DNA of 64,000 bases from an uncultured archaeon. GTDB lineage: Archaea; Asgardarchaeota; Thorarchaeia; Thorarchaeales; Thorarchaeaceae. Below, piece after piece: positions 39,932 through 49,324 of the stretch. The notes under the pieces were generated by a model. That model did no database searches, was not told the origin of the DNA, and saw only the letters and a program-made list of their open reading frames with translations. The DNA lies in contig CAZLEV010000002.1 of assembly GCA_964558645.1 (NCBI GenBank), positions 1-64,000 on the forward strand. The letters run 5' to 3'. Within the stretch, counting starts at the first letter, position 1. Each line of letters begins with the position of its first letter. Both the position numbers and the translations under genes were made by a program.

Positions 39932-40773
39932 TTCCTCTGGGATGCCTTCGTTTTGGACCATCTGGGTATCCCTCTGATGCAAAAGGAAGTCTAGAGAGAG
40001 TATTCGAGATACTGAAGAGTTTGAAATTGGATGCGCTGGAGTATGCTGCAACCTACGGCTTGCGTCTTGGAGAACAGAAGGCCGAAGAGATCGGGAAACT
40101 TGCAAGAGCGACAGATGTATCCATGAGCATGCATGCTCCTTACTACATCAGTCTGGCGTCCAACAAAGAAGAGATCAGAGAGAGGTCGAAAAAGCGCGTG
40201 GTCAAGGCGCTTTGCTTTGCTCCACTCATGAACGTGAAACGGATAGTCTTTCATCCCGGTGGTTATGTTGGCCATACGCCAGAAGAGGCCTTTATGCTCA
40301 TCAGCAAGGCAATCTTGGACATCTGGGAAGAGGCGGGTCATTTGGGGAAGGGTGCGGTCTTGGCACCGGAGATTGCAGGAAAGAAGAATGCATTCGGGTC
40401 GCCTGGAGAAATCATCAGGCTGTGTGTTGACACTGAGGGTTGCATTCCCACGATCGACTGGGCACATCTCTATGCGCGAACCAGGGGAGAAATCAATGAT
40501 AGAGATAGCTATGGGAAGGTGCTTGCCATTTTTGAAGATGCCTTGGGCGATACATTCACAAAGAATTTGCACTTCCATGTCAGCGGCATCACATTCACCA
40601 ACGCGGGAGAGAAAGCTCACAGACCGCTTGGTTCAAAATGGGGGCCTGACATCCTGCCTTTGATTGAGCTCCTCAATGAACTCGGCTATGATGCAACAAT
40701 CATCTCTGAAACCCCAGAACCCGTCAGAGGAGCCCTATATGCCAAGTACCTGCTCGAAGAGCTGGAGAAGTGA
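39928..40773 (+). CDS. nfo: Endonuclease IV (AP endonuclease family 2)
   Basis: HAPYYI.L, VFHPG, IDWAH, HFHVSG, EK.H. Confidence 0.88.
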   Translation: MIPLGCLRFGPSGYPSDAKGSLERVFEILKSLKLDALEYAATYGLRLGEQKAEEIGKLARATDVSMSMHAPYYISLASNKEEIRERSKKRVVKALCFAPLMNVKRIVFHPGGYVGHTPEEAFMLISKAILDIWEEAGHLGKGAVLAPEIAGKKNAFGSPGEIIRLCVDTEGCIPTIDWAHLYARTRGEINDRDSYGKVLAIFEDALGDTFTKNLHFHVSGITFTNAGEKAHRPLGSKWGPDILPLIELLNELGYDATIISETPEPVRGALYAKYLLEELEK

Positions 40774-42119
40774 ATAGAATGAACACACTAGTCCTCATCC
40801 TGGGAAAGAACTGGCTCCTATCCATCGCAGAGCTGATAGCCTACTTTGAAACCCGAGGGATAACAATCTCTGTGGTTGACTATTCCAGAAACTCTGTAGT
40901 GGTAGATGTAGACACAGTGATGGACGATGAGGCAATTGTAGACCTACAATCATCTCTAGGTGGGTGCTATAAGACTGGGCGCCTGGTCACAACAGAAGGC
41001 AAAGGGCTGGTTGTCAGTGCCTTTCCAAAGAGGGGAAACTTCGACCAGAATACAAGAGCCAAGCTCCTCCGATGTCCTTGGACAAAAGAGGTCTGGCCAA
41101 GAGCTAAAGGCCAATCAATACATTTCGGAGTCAGTACTTATCCTGCTGACAAGAATACACCAGTGCATCTCAAACGATTCACACTGGGCATGGATGAAGG
41201 GATAAAGAAGGCACTGCGTGACAGAGGAGCCAAGAAAGCAGCATACGTTGCCTACGAGGAACCCGACAGACGAAAGGAGGACAGACCAAACACGGCACTC
41301 TGGCCTCAGACAATTGCCAGACATGGCCTATTACGTCCACCCAATGCAGAGATCCTTGCGCCATTCACGCACAACGCGTTATACATTGCGCGATCTGTGG
41401 CGGTCTATGACTCAATGCTCCAGAGATATCGTGATGAGTCGCGTCCGTTCAAATCAACCGAGATTAGTACAAGTCCAAAATTGTGTAGGAGCCTCATCAC
41501 GCTTGCTGGGGCTAGAAGAGGAGACACAGTCCTTGACCCATTCTGCGGAACAGGAACTCTTCTTATGGAAGCAGCACTCTTGGGGATGCGATGTGTGGGC
41601 ATCGACATTGATGCTAATGCGGTTCAGGGAACAGCTGCGAATCTCAAGTGGCTAGGCAAAGAGCTTGAAGAATACCTTGATTTCCGAGTCCTCCATGGCG
41701 ATGCGCGAGATAGCGAACATCTGGTTGCGGAGAAGGTAGATGCGATTGCATTTGAGCCCTACCTTGGTCCACTTTACGAGAATCAACCAGCAGAACCAGA
41801 GGCCAGAGCCTTGACCAAAGACCTGACAGAGTTATATCGAGACTCGCTGAAGTCGCTAGCGGCCATCCTGAGACACGATGGAAAGGTTGCGATGACTATC
41901 CCCGTGATCAATTGCAGGACCGGAAAAGTAAGAATCGATCTTGATCGCATGTTGTCAGAAACGCCCTTCCGGATACACAAGATGCTACCGGGCGGAGTAT
42001 TCAAGAGTGATCCCAACAGAAACACACCTTACATGATAAGACCAAACAGAGACCTGCTTCCCGAACGAAAGTGGGGACAAGTAGTTCAGCGGCAGGTGAT
42101 TACACTAAGTATCTCTTAG
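40770..42119 (+). CDS. Trm11-like RNA methyltransferase
   Basis: RD..RP, LDPFCGTGT, EPYLGP. Confidence 0.8.
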   Translation: MNRMNTLVLILGKNWLLSIAELIAYFETRGITISVVDYSRNSVVVDVDTVMDDEAIVDLQSSLGGCYKTGRLVTTEGKGLVVSAFPKRGNFDQNTRAKLLRCPWTKEVWPRAKGQSIHFGVSTYPADKNTPVHLKRFTLGMDEGIKKALRDRGAKKAAYVAYEEPDRRKEDRPNTALWPQTIARHGLLRPPNAEILAPFTHNALYIARSVAVYDSMLQRYRDESRPFKSTEISTSPKLCRSLITLAGARRGDTVLDPFCGTGTLLMEAALLGMRCVGIDIDANAVQGTAANLKWLGKELEEYLDFRVLHGDARDSEHLVAEKVDAIAFEPYLGPLYENQPAEPEARALTKDLTELYRDSLKSLAAILRHDGKVAMTIPVINCRTGKVRIDLDRMLSETPFRIHKMLPGGVFKSDPNRNTPYMIRPNRDLLPERKWGQVVQRQVITLSIS

Positions 42120-42955
42120 AAAAGGTATCGTACCACATCGTCGAGGATCGCATATGTCTGCAGTCTCTGGATATCACGCTTGACGTACGGCATCAGATGC
42201 TCAAATACCATTTGCCGATAGTTGTTCACACCGGCCTGTTCCTGTACCTCTTCGGCAGTTATCCGTAGGAGCTCCTCCAGAGCAGTCCGCAAGCTTCGGT
42301 AAGGGATGTCACCTCTGGAGACGTCTATCTCTAGTACCTCGATTCCACAGTCATCGATAGGTACGGATTCAAGAAACATATATCTCTCAGTGAGAGGTTC
42401 GATTCTGTTGCGGATGCTGCTGGCGATTTCCCGCTTGAGCTTTTTCTTCATGTCTATCTTCATCATCTGACGAAAGAGATGATTATAGACTTCAAGGCAG
42501 TCCATCGATTTGCCTGCGAGCAGACACTCGTCAGTCTCTTCATACTGAGCGACAAGTTCGTCCAAAAAGAATCCGAATTCCTTGAATGCAGTTGGATCAC
42601 CATGCCACTCCTTCAATACATTACTGATTCCTCGCTCTTGAGGGATGAAGTTGTTCACGAACTCATTCAACGCGTAGTCAAGCATGAATCGCATATGACC
42701 GATTCGTGCGGCCTTTGAGATGACCATGACGAAGAGAAGATGCTCATTCGCCTCCCAGACATATCTGCTGTTCTCGGTGTCTATTGTCTTGAGAGTCTCA
42801 TTAGAAGCCTTGTCGATGAAGGTGTGAGTCGCAGACAAGAAGGGAGCAATAAGATCCATATCAATGTCAATGCCATCATACGCTCGGGCCACGAGATTTC
42901 GGCCAGTTCCTCTCTCAATCAGCCACATTCCTAGAATTGAGCGACGTTCGGCCAT
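42116..42955 (-). CDS. Longin-like domain protein
   Basis: ILGMWLIE..TGRNL..R.Y, DLIAPFLSA..F, LLFVMV longin pattern; helical C-terminus. Confidence 0.65.
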   Translation of the reverse strand: MAERRSILGMWLIERGTGRNLVARAYDGIDIDMDLIAPFLSATHTFIDKASNETLKTIDTENSRYVWEANEHLLFVMVISKAARIGHMRFMLDYALNEFVNNFIPQERGISNVLKEWHGDPTAFKEFGFFLDELVAQYEETDECLLAGKSMDCLEVYNHLFRQMMKIDMKKKLKREIASSIRNRIEPLTERYMFLESVPIDDCGIEVLEIDVSRGDIPYRSLRTALEELLRITAEEVQEQAGVNNYRQMVFEHLMPYVKRDIQRLQTYAILDDVVRYLF

Positions 42956-43054
42956 CTTGAATCGCACTCCTCGTCCGTGCTTCCCCCGTAGCAAAATAAG
43001 CATATTCGCGATGCAGCTGGCCCAAGAGACTCGACTCCAATCTGTTTCTTGAGC

Positions 43055-43089
43055 AAAAAAGAGTCAGAGGGACAGGGAATTCCCTGCCC
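43055..43089 (-). terminator. Probable terminator downstream of tfb
   Basis: Palindrome CAGGGAATTCCCTG (43073-43086) followed by T6 on the minus strand. Confidence 0.5.
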
Positions 43090-43140
43090 ATCATCAGCAC
43101 GCCAACTCTCGGAGAGGAGTTGAAACAGCGGCGAAACCGG

Positions 43141-44112
43141 TCATGTTGTGGTAATATTCAGTTTCTGAACGATTTCCTTGTACCTGTTACGAACAGTAAC
43201 CTCAGTGACTCGAGCAGTCTTGGCAATCTGCAGCTGGGTTCGCCGGGAGCCAGTGAGGATACTTGCCACATAGATTGCAGCAGCCGCCATACCCTTCGGA
43301 TCCTTGCCAATAGTAAGACGTTCCCTCTTCGCATCATGAAGGATGTCTATCGCCTTCTTCTTCGCACAACCTGGCAGATTCAGTTCGGTGCCGAAGCGGT
43401 GAACGAAATCAACCGGACTGCTATGAGGGATCTTGAGATTCAGATATCTGAGTATAAGACGTACGCATAGAGACAACTCTTTGCGTGTGATATGAATCTG
43501 ATCGCATATCTCCTCCAGTGGGCGTGGTACAGTATGTACCCGGCAGGCAAGATAGAGAGATGCAGCAATCATCCCGAGAATGGTCCTCCCGCGAGTGAGC
43601 CGCTTTCTCAGAGCCTTTCGGTAGATGACTGCCGAGGTCTCACGAATCGAGTAAGGAATACTAAGCTGTGAGCTGATTCGGTGGAGTTCTGTCATTGCAA
43701 CTGCAAGATTTCGTTTGTCGGAGGAGTGTACCTTAGTGCGTATCTGCCATTTCCGTAGCCTGTGAATCTGTGCTCGTCTGGTTGAGCTCAGTCTTCGTCC
43801 CGATGCATCAACATTCTGACGACCAATGATAGTAGTAAGACCTTGGTCAAACTTGGTCCAGTCAACAGGCCCACCCACACGTTGGCGGGAATTCTGCTCT
43901 TCCGCAGTGAATGCTCGCCATTCTGGGCCCATATCTATCGAGTGGTCTGAAAGAACGAGTCCGCAATTAGAACAGATAATCTCTCCCCGAGTACTATCGA
44001 TGAACACTTCGGTCGAGCTACAGGCTGAACAGATGTAATTGGCCGCGTTTAGGCTATGCTCCTTGGTTTTCCGGGTCTTCAATTGTTTGCTGGCCAGTCC
44101 AATCATCTCCAT
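43141..44112 (-). CDS. tfb: Transcription initiation factor IIB (TFB)
   Basis: CSAC..CSNCG Zn ribbon, GPEWRAF, RLRKWQ, VTEVTVRNRY; start uncertain. Confidence 0.95.
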   Translation of the reverse strand: MEMIGLASKQLKTRKTKEHSLNAANYICSACSSTEVFIDSTRGEIICSNCGLVLSDHSIDMGPEWRAFTAEEQNSRQRVGGPVDWTKFDQGLTTIIGRQNVDASGRRLSSTRRAQIHRLRKWQIRTKVHSSDKRNLAVAMTELHRISSQLSIPYSIRETSAVIYRKALRKRLTRGRTILGMIAASLYLACRVHTVPRPLEEICDQIHITRKELSLCVRLILRYLNLKIPHSSPVDFVHRFGTELNLPGCAKKKAIDILHDAKRERLTIGKDPKGMAAAAIYVASILTGSRRTQLQIAKTARVTEVTVRNRYKEIVQKLNITTT

Positions 44113-44498
44113 ACAGATCCTGATGTCAGAACCTGCCGTGAGAGCTGTCAAGGGAAACCTATGCTGCGTGTCCTTCAAGGCGCATGAAGATCACAACGAT
44201 GACGCGGGGCTTATAGAGAACGGTCCTCGATGAGAACCAACATCATTGCGGTCACAACAAACGCAAATAACTCTTTGCACATTTCTTTCAAAATCAATGC
44301 TATTTATTTCATATTCTTTACAATTATGCAAGTACGCTTTTCCATGCGTTTCAATAACGTTATACGACAATCAGCGTCCGTTTGCTTTTGTTTTCGAACA
44401 AAAAGCTCCACGCATATGATAGATGAGAGCCCCTGTACTCTCAGAGCGCTTGATTTATCATGTGAATATGTCTGGTTGAGAGCGAGGCACCCAGCGGA

Positions 44499-46409
44499 AT
44501 GAATGACAATAACTCGACTCGAAATCCGTGGAAGAGGATACAAGACAGGATAAGTGAGGTCCTGGCAGACGTGAGTTCCGTTGGTCGAGAGAGAATTGTT
44601 GAGTACATTGAAACGCCACCGGATGCGACACTCGGCGATTTGGCATGCACTGTTGCTTTTGAACTCGCAAAGACGAAACGGCAGAATCCAGCTGTAATCG
44701 CAGCAGAGATTGCAGAGTCTCTGAAGAAGATTGGCACACAGGAGAAACTCATCGACAGAGTAGAGGCCAAGGGACCATACATCAACATATTCCTCGATCG
44801 GGCAGAGATTGCAGCGTATGTGCTCCCCATGGTAGCGGACTTGGGAGCAGAATATGGCCGGACGGATACCTATGCCGGAGAGAGGGCCCTCATAGAATCC
44901 CCTGCAGTCAACCCGTCGAAACCATGGCACATTGGACATTCACGTAACGCAATCATTGGACATACTCTGAGAAACATCTTGGCTTCGGTGGGATATGATG
45001 CAGTTCTGATTGACTACATCAACGACTTGGGTCTCCAGATTGCCCAGTTGACATGGAAACTCATGCAGATGGATGATGACGATACCGATGAGAAGTATGA
45101 CCACTACCTAGGAAGGCTCTATGTAGATGTGCAGAAGGAGTTTGAGAATGACCAGACGGTTGAGGCCGAGATCCGAGAAGTGACCAGGCGTCTTGAGCAA
45201 CTGGAGTCGGCGGAGTCAGAGACCAGCAGCAAGATGGTGACCAAATGCCTGAAGGCACAGAACCAGACTGCCTACAGGTTAGGCATCTATCACGACTATC
45301 AGGTGTGGGAGAGCTCCATTGCCCACAGCGGCTTGCTCACCAGAGCACGCGACATGATGCTCGACTGTGAGAATGTAGAAAAGGTGGCAGAGGGTGAGAA
45401 GAAAGGATGTATCGTTGCAAGACTTGACACCATTGAAGAATTCAAGGATATGAAGGACCCATCAAAGGTGTTGTTCAGGTCTGATGGAACTAGGACATAC
45501 ACAGGAGCTGATGTTGCCTTTCAAATGTGGAAATTCGGCATTGTAGATGATCCGTTTCGATACCGACCCTTTGAGGAACAGCCCGACGGGACCACCGTCT
45601 ATCGAACAGCCCTTGACGGGGAGAAGCGAGACCTGGGCAAATTCGATGTGGTCTTCAATGTCATCGGTTCGGGACAGGCGCACCCACAGAGACTCATCTA
45701 TGCATTGCTGGACATAATGGGATATCACGAACAGAGCAGAAACTCCCACCACATAGCCTACGAGTTCGTGGGGCTGGAGGAGGGAGACTTCTCTGGAAGG
45801 AAGGGCACATGGTTGGGATACACAACTGATGATGTTCTCGATCAGGCGCAAGAACTTGCAAGAGAGGAAGTGGCAAAGCGGAATCCTGATGCCGAGGAGG
45901 ACTTCCTGAGTCAGGTAGCCTCCCAGGTAGCCACTGGAGCCCTTCGATATTTCATGCTCAGCGCCTCACCAGACAGGAAGATAACCTTCCGCTGGGAAGA
46001 GGCCTTGGACTTCAATGGCGATGCAGCTCCGTACCTGCAATACTCGCATGCAAGAGCAAAGAGGATTCTAGAGAAGACTGAGGACGCAGACCTCGATGCG
46101 GACCTATCGTTATTGGACTCAGAGCACGAGTTTGCTCTTATCAAAGCCATCGCACGTTTTCCTGAGGAGATACTGGAGGTCGTGAGAGGCCTTGCAAAGA
46201 ATGCGTGGGGAACGAGCTTCAACTCGAATCGTCTTACCGCATACTGCTACGAACTTGCGACTTTGTTCAGCAAGTTCTATGATAATTGTCCGGTGTTGAA
46301 AGCGGATAATAATCTGAGACATGCGAGGATTGCTTTGGTGCAGGCATTCAGAATCACTATATCAAACTGCTTGGGACTTCTAGGCATCCCTGTTGTCGAT
46401 AGAATGTGA
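44499..46409 (+). CDS. argS: Arginine--tRNA ligase
   Basis: NPSKPWHIGH.RN, FSGRKG, PYLQYSHAR, C-terminal DRM. Confidence 0.96.
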   Translation: MNDNNSTRNPWKRIQDRISEVLADVSSVGRERIVEYIETPPDATLGDLACTVAFELAKTKRQNPAVIAAEIAESLKKIGTQEKLIDRVEAKGPYINIFLDRAEIAAYVLPMVADLGAEYGRTDTYAGERALIESPAVNPSKPWHIGHSRNAIIGHTLRNILASVGYDAVLIDYINDLGLQIAQLTWKLMQMDDDDTDEKYDHYLGRLYVDVQKEFENDQTVEAEIREVTRRLEQLESAESETSSKMVTKCLKAQNQTAYRLGIYHDYQVWESSIAHSGLLTRARDMMLDCENVEKVAEGEKKGCIVARLDTIEEFKDMKDPSKVLFRSDGTRTYTGADVAFQMWKFGIVDDPFRYRPFEEQPDGTTVYRTALDGEKRDLGKFDVVFNVIGSGQAHPQRLIYALLDIMGYHEQSRNSHHIAYEFVGLEEGDFSGRKGTWLGYTTDDVLDQAQELAREEVAKRNPDAEEDFLSQVASQVATGALRYFMLSASPDRKITFRWEEALDFNGDAAPYLQYSHARAKRILEKTEDADLDADLSLLDSEHEFALIKAIARFPEEILEVVRGLAKNAWGTSFNSNRLTAYCYELATLFSKFYDNCPVLKADNNLRHARIALVQAFRITISNCLGLLGIPVVDRM

Positions 46410-46410
46410 A

Positions 46411-47760
46411 CTAACCAGAGGTGACTTTTCCCGACTCTACGAGAATAGAGGGAGTTATTGCACCGACAGTCACTCTTGTGTCTTCTCCGACAACGCTGAC
46501 TCTCTTGAGAAGGTCGAGCATGTTGATTCCAAACAGAGTGTTCTTGAGTGCATGTTTAACCTCGCCGTTCTCTATGTAGAAACCCTCCATGACCATCGCA
46601 CTGAGATCTCCGGTTGCCATATTTGGTCGGTCCCCTGTCCGCCGGCATAGGATTCCTCGATCAATCTCTGCAATGAGTTCCTCTTGGGTTCCGCGCCCCG
46701 CCTCGATAATGAGATTTGATGTCGAGATTGACGGCAAGCCTGAATATGACGAACGACTGGCATTTCCGGTGTTCTCAACATTGTCCTTGTGGGCAGTGTA
46801 GGAATTGTGAAGCAGGCTCTTGAGAACCCCTGATTCAAGAACAGAAGTGTGAGTTGATGGAAATCCTTCTGCATCGAATGGTCGGGACCCTATGCCACCG
46901 GATAGGAGAGAGTTGTCTGCAACGGACAAAGAACCAGAGGCTATCTGCTCTCCCAAGGCATCGCTGATATAAGAGCGCCCGTACTGTACCTCTTCAGCGT
47001 TGACAGCACCGGAGAAGCCGCCACCGATGATGGTGCTCACTGCCAAGGGATCGAGTACGATTTGCATGTCTCCACCGTCGATTGTATGAGCTCCCAGATT
47101 CCTTATTGCGCTTTGTGCAGATGCGATTCCCACATCTTGGGGGTTCAGGTCTCCGACCGCTCTTGATATTTGATACTCGTAGCTTGATGTCTGCTCGCCT
47201 GAATGCTTGATTGTCGGTGAGATATAGAGATAGGCGAAAGAGGTCTTCGCTGAACCAGACACTCCAAGTGAGTTCACGATAGCCCGCTCACTGACAGACA
47301 GATTCAGCTGTGCCTCCACAGCGACTTTCTTTCCAGAGAGAACATCGCGAGCCGAATCAACTGATGTAAGAATAATCTTTGCTGATTCCTCCGATGTTAT
47401 CGATTCCGTTTCTGAATCGAAGAGGCCTCTGACATTGGGATATTCTTGGCCAGCAGATGGCAGACTGACAAAATCCGGATCAGGTACGGATGCACGAGCC
47501 AATGCAACGGACCGTTCAACGGCCTCCTCTATGTCCTTCTCTCTAAGCGTTGTGACATATGCAAACCCAATCGCATTATCAATGACAGATCTGACCCCAC
47601 AGCCCCCGTCAGATTCTCTTGATGCGGCCTTGACAGCGTTGTTCTCCACGTGGATGTTAAATGATTTCGATAAGGCTGCATACGCCTCGACTTGGTCTGC
47701 GCCAATCTTCTCTGCACGCTTCACCGCATAATTGCCGATAGCGAGGAGCTTCTCTCTCAA
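46411..47760 (-). CDS. pmbA: PmbA/TldE-family protein
   Basis: FDAEG.P, TGNA.R, GDLS, lacks HExxH; TTG start abuts tldD. Confidence 0.88.
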   Translation of the reverse strand: MREKLLAIGNYAVKRAEKIGADQVEAYAALSKSFNIHVENNAVKAASRESDGGCGVRSVIDNAIGFAYVTTLREKDIEEAVERSVALARASVPDPDFVSLPSAGQEYPNVRGLFDSETESITSEESAKIILTSVDSARDVLSGKKVAVEAQLNLSVSERAIVNSLGVSGSAKTSFAYLYISPTIKHSGEQTSSYEYQISRAVGDLNPQDVGIASAQSAIRNLGAHTIDGGDMQIVLDPLAVSTIIGGGFSGAVNAEEVQYGRSYISDALGEQIASGSLSVADNSLLSGGIGSRPFDAEGFPSTHTSVLESGVLKSLLHNSYTAHKDNVENTGNASRSSYSGLPSISTSNLIIEAGRGTQEELIAEIDRGILCRRTGDRPNMATGDLSAMVMEGFYIENGEVKHALKNTLFGINMLDLLKRVSVVGEDTRVTVGAITPSILVESGKVTSG

Positions 47761-47761
47761 A

Positions 47762-49147
47762 TCACAACCCTCCGACAGGCATTCCCCGTATGCGTGCGTG
47801 AGGACCACCGCTCATATCAGGTACTAATTGACCCGATTTGCCACAGGTTCCAGCATCCATCTTGAAGTCATTCCCTACAGCATCAACCTTCGAAAGGACA
47901 TCTAGGATTTGACCCGCCAAGGATATGTCACGCACCATCTGTCCGATCTCCCCATCTTCTATAAGATAACCATGACTGGCCTGAAACATGAACTGGCCTT
48001 TTGAGGGGTCTGTATACCCGTAGTTGAAACTGCAGAGAAGAATGCCTTCTCCTGTGTCAGCGATCAGTTCGTCAACGTCCCAGTCACCTGGTTCCATGAA
48101 TGTGTTACTCATGCGTGGGAGGGGCTCATGCATGAATGACTGAGACCTCGCAGCTCCGTTTGGTTCCATCTCCAAGCGAGAGGCGGTTTCAAGGCTGTGC
48201 AGAAGCTCATTCAGAACTCCATCCTTGACCAGCAAACGTCTTCTGCTCCTCGTTCCTTCCCAATCATATTCAAATGAGCCCCGCTCTCCACTCATGGTGG
48301 GGTCATCAGTCAGATTCAGGTGTTCTGGCCCAACGGTCTTGTCCACCTTGTCCTCGAGGACTGTGGTATGTGCGGGCCAATTGTCAGCCTCGGTTGCATG
48401 CCCAAAGGCTTCGTGCACCATAACACCATTCAAGACAGGATCCATAACGACATCGTAGGTACCGCCCTTTGCTGCAACAGATGAAAGAAGGTCAATCACC
48501 TGCCTTGAGGCGCGTATTCCAACGGTTTGAGCAGCATCGCTTTCCATTGCCTCATACCCACCACGAACTCCGACTGATTTGTGAGCCCGCTGCCGGTTGC
48601 TTCCCTCCTTTGCTGTAGGTGCAGATATTATCCGAGGAAGAGAGTTCTCGAAATGTACACTGGTTCCCAAGGAGTTGGCCACAAAGATGCTCGAAGACAA
48701 ATCACCATAGATTGTTCGCGAGTTCACAATCCGATCGTCAAAGTCCAGGGCTTGTTTGTCAATCCTCTTCACAAAATCCATCTTATCCTCTATTCGAATG
48801 TCTTCAAACGGCTTACGGACGTTAAGTGTGGCTCTGTCCGTAAAGGTCGGTCCATCAATGGTGAAGCAGTCTGCAACATGGTCCTTGGTTGCCATTGCCA
48901 GTCGCGCCACCGACTCACCTGTTTCTTTCATGCCCCTCGTAGTCAGAGTCGTGGTCTGAGCAAACGCCCATGCACCGTCGGCAAAGGCTCTTATTCCTGC
49001 CCCCTTCAGTCGTGATGCGATGGCCTTTCTTGTTATGCCATCAGAGATCTCAATGACTGTGGTCACAGTATTCTCAATACGGACATCGGCAAACGACGCC
49101 CCGTTGCTGAGGGCACCCTCAATAGCAGCTTGCGCAAGGTCTTCCAT
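47762..49147 (-). CDS. tldD: TldD-family metalloprotease
   Basis: HEAFGHATEAD, PRMSNT, CGKSGQ. Confidence 0.93.
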   Translation of the reverse strand: MEDLAQAAIEGALSNGASFADVRIENTVTTVIEISDGITRKAIASRLKGAGIRAFADGAWAFAQTTTLTTRGMKETGESVARLAMATKDHVADCFTIDGPTFTDRATLNVRKPFEDIRIEDKMDFVKRIDKQALDFDDRIVNSRTIYGDLSSSIFVANSLGTSVHFENSLPRIISAPTAKEGSNRQRAHKSVGVRGGYEAMESDAAQTVGIRASRQVIDLLSSVAAKGGTYDVVMDPVLNGVMVHEAFGHATEADNWPAHTTVLEDKVDKTVGPEHLNLTDDPTMSGERGSFEYDWEGTRSRRRLLVKDGVLNELLHSLETASRLEMEPNGAARSQSFMHEPLPRMSNTFMEPGDWDVDELIADTGEGILLCSFNYGYTDPSKGQFMFQASHGYLIEDGEIGQMVRDISLAGQILDVLSKVDAVGNDFKMDAGTCGKSGQLVPDMSGGPHARIRGMPVGGL

Positions 49148-49324
49148 GGATGCATCCGTCAGAGCTCAGCCAACTGTTATTGATATAACTCCTTTGAAGG
49201 CGCAACGAAGCGCGGATGAGCAATAACTGCGCGGATTCAGCATCCACATGAGTATTGTCATGATAATACTCAGGTTATTGTGAGCTATAGTGGACACTAG
49301 TACAAGACCAGCGGAGGCAGTCAG

